DNA of 64,000 nucleotides, taken from an uncultured Clostridia bacterium (GTDB taxonomy: Bacteria; Bacillota_I; Bacilli_A; RF39; UBA660). The stretch is from positions 35,316 through 99,315 of the forward strand of contig CAMNBS010000001.1 of NCBI GenBank assembly GCA_946533175.1. Reading direction: 5' to 3'. The notes below the pieces were generated by a model. That model was not told where the DNA came from, made no database searches, and saw only the letters and a program-made list of their open reading frames with translations. The position numbers were made by a program, and so were the translations under genes. The stretch's first letter is position 1. Every line of letters starts with the position of its first letter. Below, piece by piece: positions 48,138-58,175 of the stretch.

Positions 48138-48554
48138 TTATTTTGACATTGTTTTACTATGTAACTGCTTATATTCTTTATTTAAATCATCTAATATGTC
48201 AAATAGTGTTCTTTCATATAATCGACTCTCTTCTTTTTCGAAGAATAAGGGTAATGTAGCCATTAAATCATATATTTGTTGCATAATATATATAATTTTT
48301 CTATCAAATAATTCAGATGATTCTACACTATGCGTTTCTTGATAATCATCCCTTATTTTATTCATGTCTTCAATATCACGATAAATTAATTTCATAAAAT
48401 TGACAATCACATGTCTTATTTTTTTATTAGATTCACCCGATAATTGAAGTGTAGTTACAAATTCTTTTAATGATGTACCACCTGGAATATAATCTTTTAT
48501 TTTTTTATCCTCTTTTTTCATAATTTTCTCCTTTTTATTTTTTGCTTTTTCCAA
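48138..48554 (-). CDS. Hypothetical protein (138 aa), paralogous to the C-proximal part of the upstream 414-aa protein
   Basis: Shares the motif series (II)Y(IM)QQIYDL / YYHYLICNYIQIIDEV and LFDILDDLNKEYKQLH / LLNVLNDLNDQYHDLH with the neighbouring gene; overlaps it by 20 nt. Confidence 0.45.
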   Translation of the reverse strand: MEKAKNKKEKIMKKEDKKIKDYIPGGTSLKEFVTTLQLSGESNKKIRHVIVNFMKLIYRDIEDMNKIRDDYQETHSVESSELFDRKIIYIMQQIYDLMATLPLFFEKEESRLYERTLFDILDDLNKEYKQLHSKTMSK

Positions 48555-49779
48555 TATTTGATGGTAATTTGGGATGTCTTAATTCTTCATATTGTCTAAC
48601 ACAACTATTGCGTATCCCTAATAAAATATCCTCTATTCTTTCTTTTTCAATTTCAGAATATAGTTTTGGTACAATTTCTAAAAGCTTATTAATACTTTGC
48701 TGAAAAAACTCAATTCCTCCATATAAAGTACTTACTATTCTTTTTTCTAATTTTAATAATTTTATATTTTCAGTTTCATAATTACCATTTTCACATAGCA
48801 AATTTTTATGATACTTTAATTGTTCGTGAAGTTTAGAACCATCGAAATTAAAACGAAAAGGTTCATATCCTTCTTTCAAATCAAGATGTCTTTCCCATAA
48901 CACAACTATTTCGTTTAGCAAAATTAAAAATAACGACTTAGCATCTTCTTCATTACCTGTTTTTAAGGTTTCCATTATTTTCTCAACTTTATAATCAAAT
49001 AAATAAGGATCATATCCTACACCATACATTTTTATTTCAGAATATCCGTATGAAGAATCAGTTGAATTTTCTTGATCTTTTTCAGGGGCTTTACTTTTAG
49101 ACTTACGGCCATCTTTATAAATAATTCTATGAAGATCATGATATTGGTCATTTAAATCATTAAGTACATTTAATAATGATGTAAGTAAGCCGCTTTTTGT
49201 AGGACTTTTATAATATACTTCATCAATAATTTGAATATAATTACATATAAGATAATGATAGTATAAAAAACTTCCTTCCAAATACCTTTTTATTTTATCA
49301 TCTAAAAAGTTAGCATCAATAGGTAAATTATGTTTAAAAAACAATGAAAATTTACTTTTAAAAAGAGGATATTTATTCAAAGATTCTACAATTTCACTAC
49401 AATCACCACTTAAAAGAAAATCTTTATACATTTTCTTTAAAAGAATATGAGATTCTATATTTCTTACTAAATCATCTAATTTTACTTCCATTATTCCATA
49501 AGCCAAGTCTAAATTCCCTGAAGAAAAATTAGTACGAATACTACTTAATCCATCAGAATCAATTCTGTATCCTGCGGCTGACATTTTTAATTTTACTGTA
49601 GTTGAAGCAAAATAATTTTTTATATTTCTACTTATTTCACTACTTATTACGGAAGCTTTGGGCTTTTCTTTCTTTTTTTCTTCTTCTTGTCTTTTTTTCA
49701 TAAAAGAAAACATATCCTTTCTTTTTGGACTTTCCTTTTTCTTATATAATTCATCATTATCTTTCATAGTACACTCCAT
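48535..49779 (-). CDS. Hypothetical protein (414 aa) with N-terminal K/E-rich low-complexity tail
   Basis: Long ORF between noc and rsmG; no recognisable family; internal region paralogous to the 138-aa neighbour. Confidence 0.5.
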   Translation of the reverse strand: MECTMKDNDELYKKKESPKRKDMFSFMKKRQEEEKKKEKPKASVISSEISRNIKNYFASTTVKLKMSAAGYRIDSDGLSSIRTNFSSGNLDLAYGIMEVKLDDLVRNIESHILLKKMYKDFLLSGDCSEIVESLNKYPLFKSKFSLFFKHNLPIDANFLDDKIKRYLEGSFLYYHYLICNYIQIIDEVYYKSPTKSGLLTSLLNVLNDLNDQYHDLHRIIYKDGRKSKSKAPEKDQENSTDSSYGYSEIKMYGVGYDPYLFDYKVEKIMETLKTGNEEDAKSLFLILLNEIVVLWERHLDLKEGYEPFRFNFDGSKLHEQLKYHKNLLCENGNYETENIKLLKLEKRIVSTLYGGIEFFQQSINKLLEIVPKLYSEIEKERIEDILLGIRNSCVRQYEELRHPKLPSNIGKSKK

Positions 49780-49831
49780 TTTTAGAATATATTATTTTTG
49801 TTTTATTGTCAATAAAATACTAGTTTAATAA

Positions 49832-50470
49832 TTACTTTCTTTTAATAACAATAATCGTTCGATTGCTATTTTCTATTGGTAAGAGAAACTTTTCTATTTT
49901 GACTATTTTTATTTTTTTATTCTTTTTTATTTCTTCTATTTCATCATCACAATTAGCTTTCATCGGTAAAAAAGATCCATTTTTATTTAATAGAGGTAGA
50001 CAATAATCTAAAAGTTTATTTAATCGACTTACTGCACGACATGTAACGATATCAAATTGATTGCTTTTAATTTTAGCATAATCTTCTGCTCGAATATGAA
50101 TAGTATTAATATCTTTTAAATTTAATTTTTGAATTACTAAATTTAAAAAATTAATTCTTTTTTGTAAAGCATCAACTAAAGTTATGGATAGAGTAGGGAA
50201 GACTATTTTTAAAACAATACCAGGAAATCCTGCTCCGGTTCCTATATCACATAATGACATATTATGATGTAAATCAACAACTTTCGATAAAGTTATTGAA
50301 TCATAAAAATGTTTTAAATATACATCTTTTTCTTCAATAATTCGTGTTAAATTAATTTTCTGATTCCATTCAACTAATAGGTTATAATAATCATCTAATT
50401 GTTTTAACTGCGTTTCATTTAAAGAAATATTTATATTTTTTAATTCTCTAATAAATTCTTCCTTATTCAT
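49832..50470 (-). CDS. rsmG: 16S rRNA (guanine527-N7)-methyltransferase
   Basis: SAM-binding DIGTGAGFPGIVLKI; position next to mnmG. Confidence 0.85.
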   Translation of the reverse strand: MNKEEFIRELKNINISLNETQLKQLDDYYNLLVEWNQKINLTRIIEEKDVYLKHFYDSITLSKVVDLHHNMSLCDIGTGAGFPGIVLKIVFPTLSITLVDALQKRINFLNLVIQKLNLKDINTIHIRAEDYAKIKSNQFDIVTCRAVSRLNKLLDYCLPLLNKNGSFLPMKANCDDEIEEIKKNKKIKIVKIEKFLLPIENSNRTIIVIKRK

Positions 50471-50471
50471 T

Positions 50472-52340
50472 TTATTTTCCCTTTTTTAAATATATGCTAA
50501 GCATAGTTATATCGCTTGGATTTACACCACTAATTCTTGTCGCTTGTCCCAACGTTAATGGCATTACTTTTTTTAATTTATCTCTAGCCTCACTAGCTAA
50601 ATTAATAACTAAATCATAGTTAATATCGTTAGGAATTTTAATATTTTCCATTGCCTGCATTTTTTCGACTTCTTTTTCTTCTTTACGAATATATCCTTCA
50701 TATTTTATGGATATTTCAACTTGTTCAATAACTTCATCACTATATATATTAGGAACTTTACCAACTTCAATTAATTGATTAATAGTAATCTCTGGTCTTT
50801 TAATTAGTTCATATAAACTTATTCCATTCATAATTCTTGAAGTATTTAACTGATTTAACAAATTATTTTCACTAGTAACTATTTTTGTTGTACATAAATA
50901 ATTCTTTAATTCGTCAATTTTTTTAAGTTTTTCCTTAAATTTATGATATTTTTCATCATTAATTAAACCTAATTGATGTCCATATTCACGAAGTCTTATA
51001 TCCGCATTATCATGTCTTAATAATAAACGATACTCGGCACGAGAAGTTAACATACGATATGGTTCTTTTGTACCTCTTGTCGTTAAATCATCAATTAATA
51101 CGCCTAAATAAGCTTCATTTCTTCCTAAAATAAAGGGTGGCTTGTTTTCTATTTTCAAAGAAGCATTTATTCCCGCTAGTAACCCTTGTCCAGCAGCTTC
51201 CTCATATCCACTTGTACCATTAATTTGACCAGCCGTAAATAAATTTTCTAATATCTTATTTTCTAAGTTTTTTTTCATTTCTAATGGATCAATTGCATCA
51301 TATTCAATTGCATAAGCATATTTAAGAAAAACTGCTTTTTCTAATCCAACTAAACTATGAACCATTTTTTCTTGAACATCATGTGGCATACTTGTTGAGA
51401 AACCTTGAAGATAAATATCATCGTAATATCGACTTTCAGGCTCTAAAAACAATTGATGTCTTTCTTTATCTGCAAAACGAACTACTTTGTCTTCAATAGA
51501 AGGACAATATCTTGGACCAATACCATGAACATATCCTCCATACATACTCGATTTTTTTAAATTATCAGTTATTATTTCATGTGTATATTGATTGGTATAA
51601 GTTAAATAACATGGTATTTGTTCATCCAATTGATAAATAGGGGAAAAATCATATGAAAAGCTTCTTAAAACACTATCTCCATCTTCACGAGTTAATTTAC
51701 TATAATCAATTGAACTCTTTAAAAGACGAGGAGGAGTACCAGTCTTTAATCTTTGAATTGTAATTCCATATTTTCGAAGATTATTAGATAAATTTTTAGA
51801 TTCTTTTTCACCATGTGGACCACCAGGAGTTCTTTTATCACCAACTAAAATATCGGCCTTTAAATATGTTCCAGTTGTTAAAATAACCACTTTACTATAT
51901 ATTTTTTCTCCATTTTCTAAAATAACACCAATTACTTTATTATTAGCAACAATTAAATCATCAACAAAAGCCTCTTTTATCCATAAGTTTTCTTGTTTAT
52001 TTAAAGTAGTCAGCATCTCTTTTGGGTATGTTATTTTATCTGCTTGAGCACGCAAAGCTTGAACTGCAGGGCCCTTTTTAGTATTAAGCATTTTTAATTG
52101 TAATAGGCTTTTATCAGTATTTATTCCCATTTCTCCGCCTAAAGCATCTATTTCACGAACAAGAATTCCTTTTGCTGGTCCACCAATGCTTGGATTACAT
52201 GGCATATCCGCAATATTATTAATATTTCCTGTTATCAAAAGAGTAGAATGCTTCATTCTACTAGCTGCAAGAGAAGCTTCACATCCTGCGTGACCTCCTC
52301 CAACAACAATAACTTCATAGTTCACGTTCATCACTTCCAT
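50472..52340 (-). CDS. mnmG: tRNA uridine 5-carboxymethylaminomethyl modification enzyme MnmG
   Basis: FAD-binding VIVVGGGHAGCEA; 622 aa. Confidence 0.95.
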   Translation of the reverse strand: MEVMNVNYEVIVVGGGHAGCEASLAASRMKHSTLLITGNINNIADMPCNPSIGGPAKGILVREIDALGGEMGINTDKSLLQLKMLNTKKGPAVQALRAQADKITYPKEMLTTLNKQENLWIKEAFVDDLIVANNKVIGVILENGEKIYSKVVILTTGTYLKADILVGDKRTPGGPHGEKESKNLSNNLRKYGITIQRLKTGTPPRLLKSSIDYSKLTREDGDSVLRSFSYDFSPIYQLDEQIPCYLTYTNQYTHEIITDNLKKSSMYGGYVHGIGPRYCPSIEDKVVRFADKERHQLFLEPESRYYDDIYLQGFSTSMPHDVQEKMVHSLVGLEKAVFLKYAYAIEYDAIDPLEMKKNLENKILENLFTAGQINGTSGYEEAAGQGLLAGINASLKIENKPPFILGRNEAYLGVLIDDLTTRGTKEPYRMLTSRAEYRLLLRHDNADIRLREYGHQLGLINDEKYHKFKEKLKKIDELKNYLCTTKIVTSENNLLNQLNTSRIMNGISLYELIKRPEITINQLIEVGKVPNIYSDEVIEQVEISIKYEGYIRKEEKEVEKMQAMENIKIPNDINYDLVINLASEARDKLKKVMPLTLGQATRISGVNPSDITMLSIYLKKGK

Positions 52341-52400
52341 TAATCTCTAAAGATTATACAATAAAGTTTTAAAAATGTAAATAAAAAGAAAATAGCATAA

Positions 52401-53756
52401 CTATTTCCCTACACAAAATTTACTAAATAATTCATCTAATAATTCATCACTATATTTTTCACCGATAATCTCTCCTAATATATTCCAGATATTTCTTAAA
52501 TCTATTTCTAACATATCAAGAGGAATATCGTTTAATAATGACATATCAATATCATCTAATATCTTAAGACATTCTTTAATTTTAGCAATTTCTCGAGCAT
52601 TAGTAATATAGTTGTAATCTTGTTTTTTTATTTGATCCAAATTAAATAATTTAGTGATTCTATTCTTTAAATCATCAAGTCCAGATGATAAAAGAGTATT
52701 AGCATAAATTACGTCTCGATTTTGTAATTTAGAAATATCAATTCTACTATTTAAATCATCTTTATTAATGACAACAATACTCGTTTTATCTTTTGTTTTA
52801 TCCAATATATCTAAATCAACCTCAGTTAATTCTTCATTATTATTCAGAATAACCAACACTAAATCAGCTTCATCAATTTTTTCAAAACTTTTCTCAACAC
52901 CAATCTTTTCAACAAGATCATTTGTTTCACGAATTCCAGCAGTATCAATAAAATCCAGTAATATTCCATTAAAAGATATACTACCTTCCACAATATCTCG
53001 TGTTGTACCAGGAATATCCGTAACAATAGCCTTATCAGTATCTAAAAACCTATTTAAAAGACTGCTTTTGCCTACATTGGGACGTCCAACAATAACTGTT
53101 TTTATACCTTCACTTATTATTCTTGTGTTTTCATATTCCGATATTATTTTTACTAAACTATTTCTAAATATACTTAATTTACTTTTTAAATCTTGTACTG
53201 TAACTTCATATATATCATTATATTCAGGATAATCAATATTTACTTCAATGTTACTTATAATATTAATTAAGTCTTTTCTTAAAGAAGAAATAAGCTTTTT
53301 TGCATTACCTTCTAATCCCTTCATAGCCATTTTTCTTGCTGCCTCAGTTTTACTATTAATTAAATCCATAATTGCATCAGCTTCAGTCAAATCAATTCTT
53401 CCATTTAGAAAAGCCCTTTTAGTAAACTCACCAGCTTCTGCTAAACGACAACCATTACATAAAAGTATTTCTAACACTTTTTTTGTTGTCGCAATACCAC
53501 CATGACAGTTAATTTCTACTATATTTTCTTTCGTAAAAGTTCGAGGAGCTTTCATCACACTCACTAATACCTCATCTATTTTTTCATTATTATATACAAT
53601 ATATCCATAATGAATAGTATGTGATTTAACATTTTCCAAATTTTTACCAAAAAACACTTTATTTACTATCTTTATAGCATCATTTCCACTAACACGAACA
53701 ATTGATATAGCAGAAACCCCTAAAGCTGTACTAATAGCGCAAATCGTATCTTGCAT
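52401..53756 (-). CDS. mnmE: tRNA modification GTPase MnmE
   Basis: G-domain GRPNVGKSSLLN and C-terminal FCVGK (CxGK motif). Confidence 0.9.
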   Translation of the reverse strand: MQDTICAISTALGVSAISIVRVSGNDAIKIVNKVFFGKNLENVKSHTIHYGYIVYNNEKIDEVLVSVMKAPRTFTKENIVEINCHGGIATTKKVLEILLCNGCRLAEAGEFTKRAFLNGRIDLTEADAIMDLINSKTEAARKMAMKGLEGNAKKLISSLRKDLINIISNIEVNIDYPEYNDIYEVTVQDLKSKLSIFRNSLVKIISEYENTRIISEGIKTVIVGRPNVGKSSLLNRFLDTDKAIVTDIPGTTRDIVEGSISFNGILLDFIDTAGIRETNDLVEKIGVEKSFEKIDEADLVLVILNNNEELTEVDLDILDKTKDKTSIVVINKDDLNSRIDISKLQNRDVIYANTLLSSGLDDLKNRITKLFNLDQIKKQDYNYITNAREIAKIKECLKILDDIDMSLLNDIPLDMLEIDLRNIWNILGEIIGEKYSDELLDELFSKFCVGK

Positions 53757-53758
53757 AA

Positions 53759-54541
53759 TTAACTCCTTTTCTTCTTTTTTAAATTATTATTACAATATTT
53801 TAAAATATTATCACATATTTTATATTCCTCAATTAGTTCTTCATAGCTTAATGTTAATAAATTACTATAAATATCATTTTCATGACAATAATTAATAAAT
53901 TCTTCCATATTATCAATTATTCTTTGACAAGCATCAATTAATAATGTTTCATCATACTCATCTTGATTCAAATAATATAAGGTAATTAAATGAAAAATAG
54001 TTGTATTAACTATCATTATTTCATAAAAATCCAATGTATTATGATGTTCTTTTTGATACTCTTGATATAGATTCATTACATCTTTCAATATATTAAATAA
54101 TTTATCATTATATTTTTTTATTTTAAACAATTTATCACATGAAATATTCTTTACTATTTTACTAATAAAAATATCAAATTCAGTTAAAACCTTTATTTTT
54201 TCTTCATCCATATCACTGCTAATTAACTTATCAGATGGCAAAAGCAAACACTGAATATCTTGCATTAAATATAAACTATCTTCATAAGAAAAAACACTAT
54301 TTTCATCATCTAGCATTATTTTTGCCATTAGTTTAAATAAATCTTCATCAATTAATTGTAATTTTTTTTCTTTCTTGAAAAGATATAAGTCATCCATTAG
54401 GCATAATAAATCATTAATATTCATTTTAACATACTTTAAAAATAATCTTATTTTAGATAAAATAACAGATGCTTCTTCTATAGATAAACTTTCACCTGTT
54501 TGTTTTTCATATAGCCCAATCAAATAATAAGAATGAAACAT
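53759..54541 (-). CDS. Hypothetical acidic, helical protein (260 aa) translationally coupled to mnmE
   Basis: Stop TAA-TT-ATG (2 nt) to the mnmE start; no motif recognised; not present in the canonical Bacillus jag-mnmE interval. Confidence 0.45.
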   Translation of the reverse strand: MFHSYYLIGLYEKQTGESLSIEEASVILSKIRLFLKYVKMNINDLLCLMDDLYLFKKEKKLQLIDEDLFKLMAKIMLDDENSVFSYEDSLYLMQDIQCLLLPSDKLISSDMDEEKIKVLTEFDIFISKIVKNISCDKLFKIKKYNDKLFNILKDVMNLYQEYQKEHHNTLDFYEIMIVNTTIFHLITLYYLNQDEYDETLLIDACQRIIDNMEEFINYCHENDIYSNLLTLSYEELIEEYKICDNILKYCNNNLKKKKRS

Positions 54542-54605
54542 AATATCCCCCCAATCAAATGTATCATAACACTATTTCTATTTGAAGTAAAGAAAAGAAA
54601 CTATT

Positions 54606-55229
54606 TTATTTAGTTTCTTCATCTTCCATCTTTGGTTTTATAACAACATAACGATGAGGTTCTTCTCCTTCACTTTCTGTATATACTCCACGATAATTAG
54701 TTAACGCATTATGAACTATTCTTCTCTCATAAGAATTCATCGGATCAAGTTTAGCTTCTATTTTTGTTTTAGCAACTTCTCTTGCTACTTTTTTAGCTGT
54801 TTTTTCAATGAAAAATTGTTGTTTTTCTTTATATTCTGAAACATCTAACACAAAGTTATAATAAGTACCAATCTCTTTATATACAGCTTGTTTAACAATG
54901 GTTGTTAAAGCAGATAATGTACGAGCATTTTTTCCTATTAAGATACCATTATTATCACTATATATAGCAATACTAACATTATCATCTCTTTTTTTTACTT
55001 CCATGTTTATAGTCAAACCCATATACTTAGTAATATTTTTCAACAATTCTTTAATATATTCAATTACATCTTCCTTTTTAATAACCTCAATAACAGATTT
55101 TTTATTAAACAATTTCGTTGAACTTTCTATTTCATTAATATATAGATTTTCTTCTTGTTCCATTAAATCAACTAAAGCATTATTTTTGGCTTCTTCAAAG
55201 TTTTTTGCTTGATAAGTATACTTCTTCAT
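54606..55229 (-). CDS. jag: Jag/KhpB RNA-binding protein (Jag_N, KH and R3H domains)
   Basis: C-terminal R3H YERRIVHNALTNYRGVYTESEG; position downstream of yidC. Confidence 0.8.
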   Translation of the reverse strand: MKKYTYQAKNFEEAKNNALVDLMEQEENLYINEIESSTKLFNKKSVIEVIKKEDVIEYIKELLKNITKYMGLTINMEVKKRDDNVSIAIYSDNNGILIGKNARTLSALTTIVKQAVYKEIGTYYNFVLDVSEYKEKQQFFIEKTAKKVAREVAKTKIEAKLDPMNSYERRIVHNALTNYRGVYTESEGEEPHRYVVIKPKMEDEETK

Positions 55230-55230
55230 C

Positions 55231-56343
55231 TTACTTCATACTCCTTTTAATTAAATAGTTTTGTATTAATGTACAAACATTCGATGCAATCCAATAAATA
55301 TTTAGTGCTGAACTCATAAATATCGACATAACAATAATCATTATTGTAAAAACATTCATCATTGTCTTTGTTTGCTTCATCATATCATTATTTGCTGTAT
55401 TATTATTTTGAGTATTTTTAAAAGAATAAAAAGTAGTTACTGCAACAAGAAGAGTTAAAACAATATAAAACCAATTGCCGTTTCCAATACCTATTCTCGG
55501 AGTCATTCCTAAATGAAGAGATAAAAGTTTTTCTTCAAAAATTGCTGGTACTCGATTTATAGCATCTAAAAAAGCAATGAATAAAGGTAATTGTAAAAGA
55601 GCTGGTAAGCATCCTGATATAGGATTAATATCATATTTTTTATAAAGCATCATCTTTTCTTGAGCTTGTGCCATCGCTATTTCACGATCATTTTTATCTT
55701 TTCCTTCGTATTTTTTATCAATTCGATCCATTTCCGGTTGAATTTGTTTCATTTTTTCAGATTGCATAGTTGATTTTCTAGTTAAAGGAAACACTATTAA
55801 ACGTATTAAAATAGTTGTAATAATTAATCCAATACCAAAATTACCAGTAAGTTTTCCAAAAAACAATATTACCCATGCAAGAGGTCTTACAAAGATATTT
55901 GTCCATAATCCTTCATATTTTCCGGATATGGTAAATTCTTTACAAGTATCTGTATCTTCCTTGGCAACTTCATTCGTATTTTCTTCATTTTCTTTCTTTT
56001 CTTCGGTTTGTTTGGTTTCATTTTTTTTAGATTCATCTTGCTTTTTAGATTCTGATACTTCTTTTTCCTCATTAGAATCATCAGCTTCTATTTGCTCTTC
56101 TTTTTCTTCTTGATAATCTTTACAAGAACAATATGGCAATTCACTTAAATCATAACCGTTAGCTTCATAAAGCATTATTGTTTCTTCATCAGTTGGGCGA
56201 CATAAAATATTTTCTGTTAAACTTTGCCCAGTTGTCTTATTAATTACTGTCTTACCATCATCACCTTTGATATAAGTGGTGCATCCTGTTGTTCCTAATA
56301 ATAAAACAATACTTAACAATGTATATTTAATTTGTTTCTTCAT
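55231..56343 (-). CDS. yidC: Membrane protein insertase YidC/SpoIIIJ (lipoprotein type) with an acidic/Lys-rich N-terminal insertion
   Basis: Lipobox LLLGTTGC; core YidC motifs (KMKQIQPEMDRIDKKY..., ISGCLPALLQLPLFIAF). Confidence 0.85.
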   Translation of the reverse strand: MKKQIKYTLLSIVLLLGTTGCTTYIKGDDGKTVINKTTGQSLTENILCRPTDEETIMLYEANGYDLSELPYCSCKDYQEEKEEQIEADDSNEEKEVSESKKQDESKKNETKQTEEKKENEENTNEVAKEDTDTCKEFTISGKYEGLWTNIFVRPLAWVILFFGKLTGNFGIGLIITTILIRLIVFPLTRKSTMQSEKMKQIQPEMDRIDKKYEGKDKNDREIAMAQAQEKMMLYKKYDINPISGCLPALLQLPLFIAFLDAINRVPAIFEEKLLSLHLGMTPRIGIGNGNWFYIVLTLLVAVTTFYSFKNTQNNNTANNDMMKQTKTMMNVFTIMIIVMSIFMSSALNIYWIASNVCTLIQNYLIKRSMK

Positions 56344-56686
56344 TTTCTTGTTCCTTTTCTTTATTAATTTTTTGCATTAAATACATAAAGCTATCATTAA
56401 TATCACTAAATTTTAACTCTATGCATCCTTTCTTCATTATTATAATATAATCTTTATTATTTGAATAGTACTTTTTATTATTATCACAAATATTTCTTAT
56501 TACTCTTTTATAATAATTTCTAGTTACAGCATTACCAATTTTTTTACCAACGGATACTCCAAAACGATTTTTTCTAAATGTATTATTCATATAGTAAATA
56601 ATAAAATCTTTATTTTGAACATACTTTCCATTTTGAATAATATTATCAAATTCACGATTGTTTTTAACAACATCTTCTTTTTTCAT
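56327..56686 (-). CDS. rnpA: Ribonuclease P protein component
   Basis: RFGVSVGKKIGNAVTRNYYKRVIRN motif; start probably the ATG at 56686 (the track adds 10 N-terminal residues). Confidence 0.8.
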   Translation of the reverse strand: MKKEDVVKNNREFDNIIQNGKYVQNKDFIIYYMNNTFRKNRFGVSVGKKIGNAVTRNYYKRVIRNICDNNKKYYSNNKDYIIIMKKGCIELKFSDINDSFMYLMQKINKEKEQENEETN

Positions 56687-56724
56687 AACTTCTCCCGATG
56701 GAACAAAAAGAACCACATATGTGG

Positions 56725-56850
56725 CTATTTTCTAATTAATTCTTTACGACCTTTTTTTCTACGACTATTCATAATCTTACTTTTCATACGAGCAAAAAAA
56801 CCATGCTTTTTAGCTCTTCTTCTATTATTTGGTTGATAAGTTCTTTTCAT
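56725..56850 (-). CDS. rpmH: 50S ribosomal protein L34
   Basis: [23 protein letters not shown]...; start moved to the ATG at 56850 with RBS GGAGGTGG 6 nt upstream. Confidence 0.9.
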   Translation of the reverse strand: MKRTYQPNNRRRAKKHGFFARMKSKIMNSRRKKGRKELIRK

Positions 56851-56929
56851 CAATTCCACCTCCATAAATACAAAATCTACACTATTATAATAAACTTTTT
56901 CTAGATTTGTCAAATGTTTTTATTAAAAA

Positions 56930-57886
56930 TTATCCCCTCATAATTACATAAGTGTAATACATTAAGAAAACCATTAAAAACATAATTCCTTCTTTTTTGC
57001 TAATTTTTCGGTCATTTAATGTAAATACAAATAATAAAATAGCACTTATAAGCATCGCAATAATATCAATATAATTAAAATTAATTTGATTTATTCCACC
57101 AAAAATGGCCACAGGAAGTCCTAAAACTAATCCTATATTAAAAATATTACTTCCTACAACATTTCCAATTGCTAAATCAGATTCTCCTTTTTTAGCAGCA
57201 ACTACTGAAGTAACTAATTCAGGAAGAGAAGTTCCCAAAGCAATAATTGTTAAACTAATCATTTTTTCACTAACATTTAAGCTTTTGGCAATACTAGATG
57301 CTTGATTGACTACTAAATCACTTCCTAAGACAATCATGGCAATTCCTAAAACAGTAAATATTATAGCTTTTAATAATGTCATTTTGGCTTTTTCTTCATT
57401 ATCTCTTTTCTTATCTTTAATACATACTGATACTAAATAGTAAACAAATACTGTAAAGAATAATAGTAAAATGATTCCATCACTTCTAGTAAAATTATTC
57501 GCTATATCGGCATTGAAAAAACTATTAGAAACCAATACACCAAATAATGTTGTAATTAATAAAAGAATCGGTAATTCTTTTTTTACAGTATTCTCCTTAA
57601 CCACTAATACGCCAAATAATGAGCTTACTCCTAAAATCAATAAAATGTTCAATATATTACTTCCTATTACGTTTCCTAAAACAATATCATAATTACCAGA
57701 CATAATAGATTTTAGGCTAACTGCAAACTCTGGTGCAGATGTACCAAAAGCAACAATAGTTAAACCAATAACTATTTTAGGAATTTTAAAATTCGTTGCG
57801 GTACTACTAGCGCCATCTACAAAAAAATCAGCCCCTTTAATTAAAATAACAAACCCCACAATTAATAATAAAATTTGTAATAACAT
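56930..57886 (-). CDS. Ca2+/Na+ antiporter, CaCA (YrbG) family
   Basis: Two alpha-repeats GNVIGSNILNILLILG and GNVVGSNIFNIGLVLG; 10 TM helices. Confidence 0.8.
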   Translation of the reverse strand: MLLQILLLIVGFVILIKGADFFVDGASSTATNFKIPKIVIGLTIVAFGTSAPEFAVSLKSIMSGNYDIVLGNVIGSNILNILLILGVSSLFGVLVVKENTVKKELPILLLITTLFGVLVSNSFFNADIANNFTRSDGIILLLFFTVFVYYLVSVCIKDKKRDNEEKAKMTLLKAIIFTVLGIAMIVLGSDLVVNQASSIAKSLNVSEKMISLTIIALGTSLPELVTSVVAAKKGESDLAIGNVVGSNIFNIGLVLGLPVAIFGGINQINFNYIDIIAMLISAILLFVFTLNDRKISKKEGIMFLMVFLMYYTYVIMRG

Positions 57887-57951
57887 ATTTTATCTCCTTT
57901 TATATAAATATTATATTATTTAACCTAATAAAATACAAGATAAAATATTAC

Positions 57952-58079
57952 TTATACACACTTTTCCACCAAATGTTTAAAACTATTTTTTGACAGTGAA
58001 TAAAATATTTTTATAATTGTGGAAAACTTACATATTTATTGTTATTTCATCATTTATTTGTGCATAACTTTGTGGATAA
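57952..58079. promoter_or_regulatory. oriC upstream DnaA-box cluster (incA/B-like) and dnaA promoter region
   Basis: TTATACACA (57952-60), TTTTCCACC (57962-70), TGTGGAAAA (58018-26), perfect TGTGGATAA (58071-79), within an AT-rich 290-nt gap before dnaA. Confidence 0.6.
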
Positions 58080-58175
58080 CATGTTTATAACTTATATTAG
58101 ACATTTTTATCTTTCTTTTTTGCACAAAATCGTTTAAAATATTCTTATCAAATTACTTATAGGGAGGTGAGGTAA

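Noticed and set aside
52768-53505. Two plus-strand ORFs (154 and 85 aa)
   Set aside because: Both antisense to mnmE; Ser/Ile/Leu-rich shadow ORFs.
57105-57692. Two plus-strand ORFs (66 and 73 aa)
   Set aside because: Antisense to the CaCA antiporter gene.
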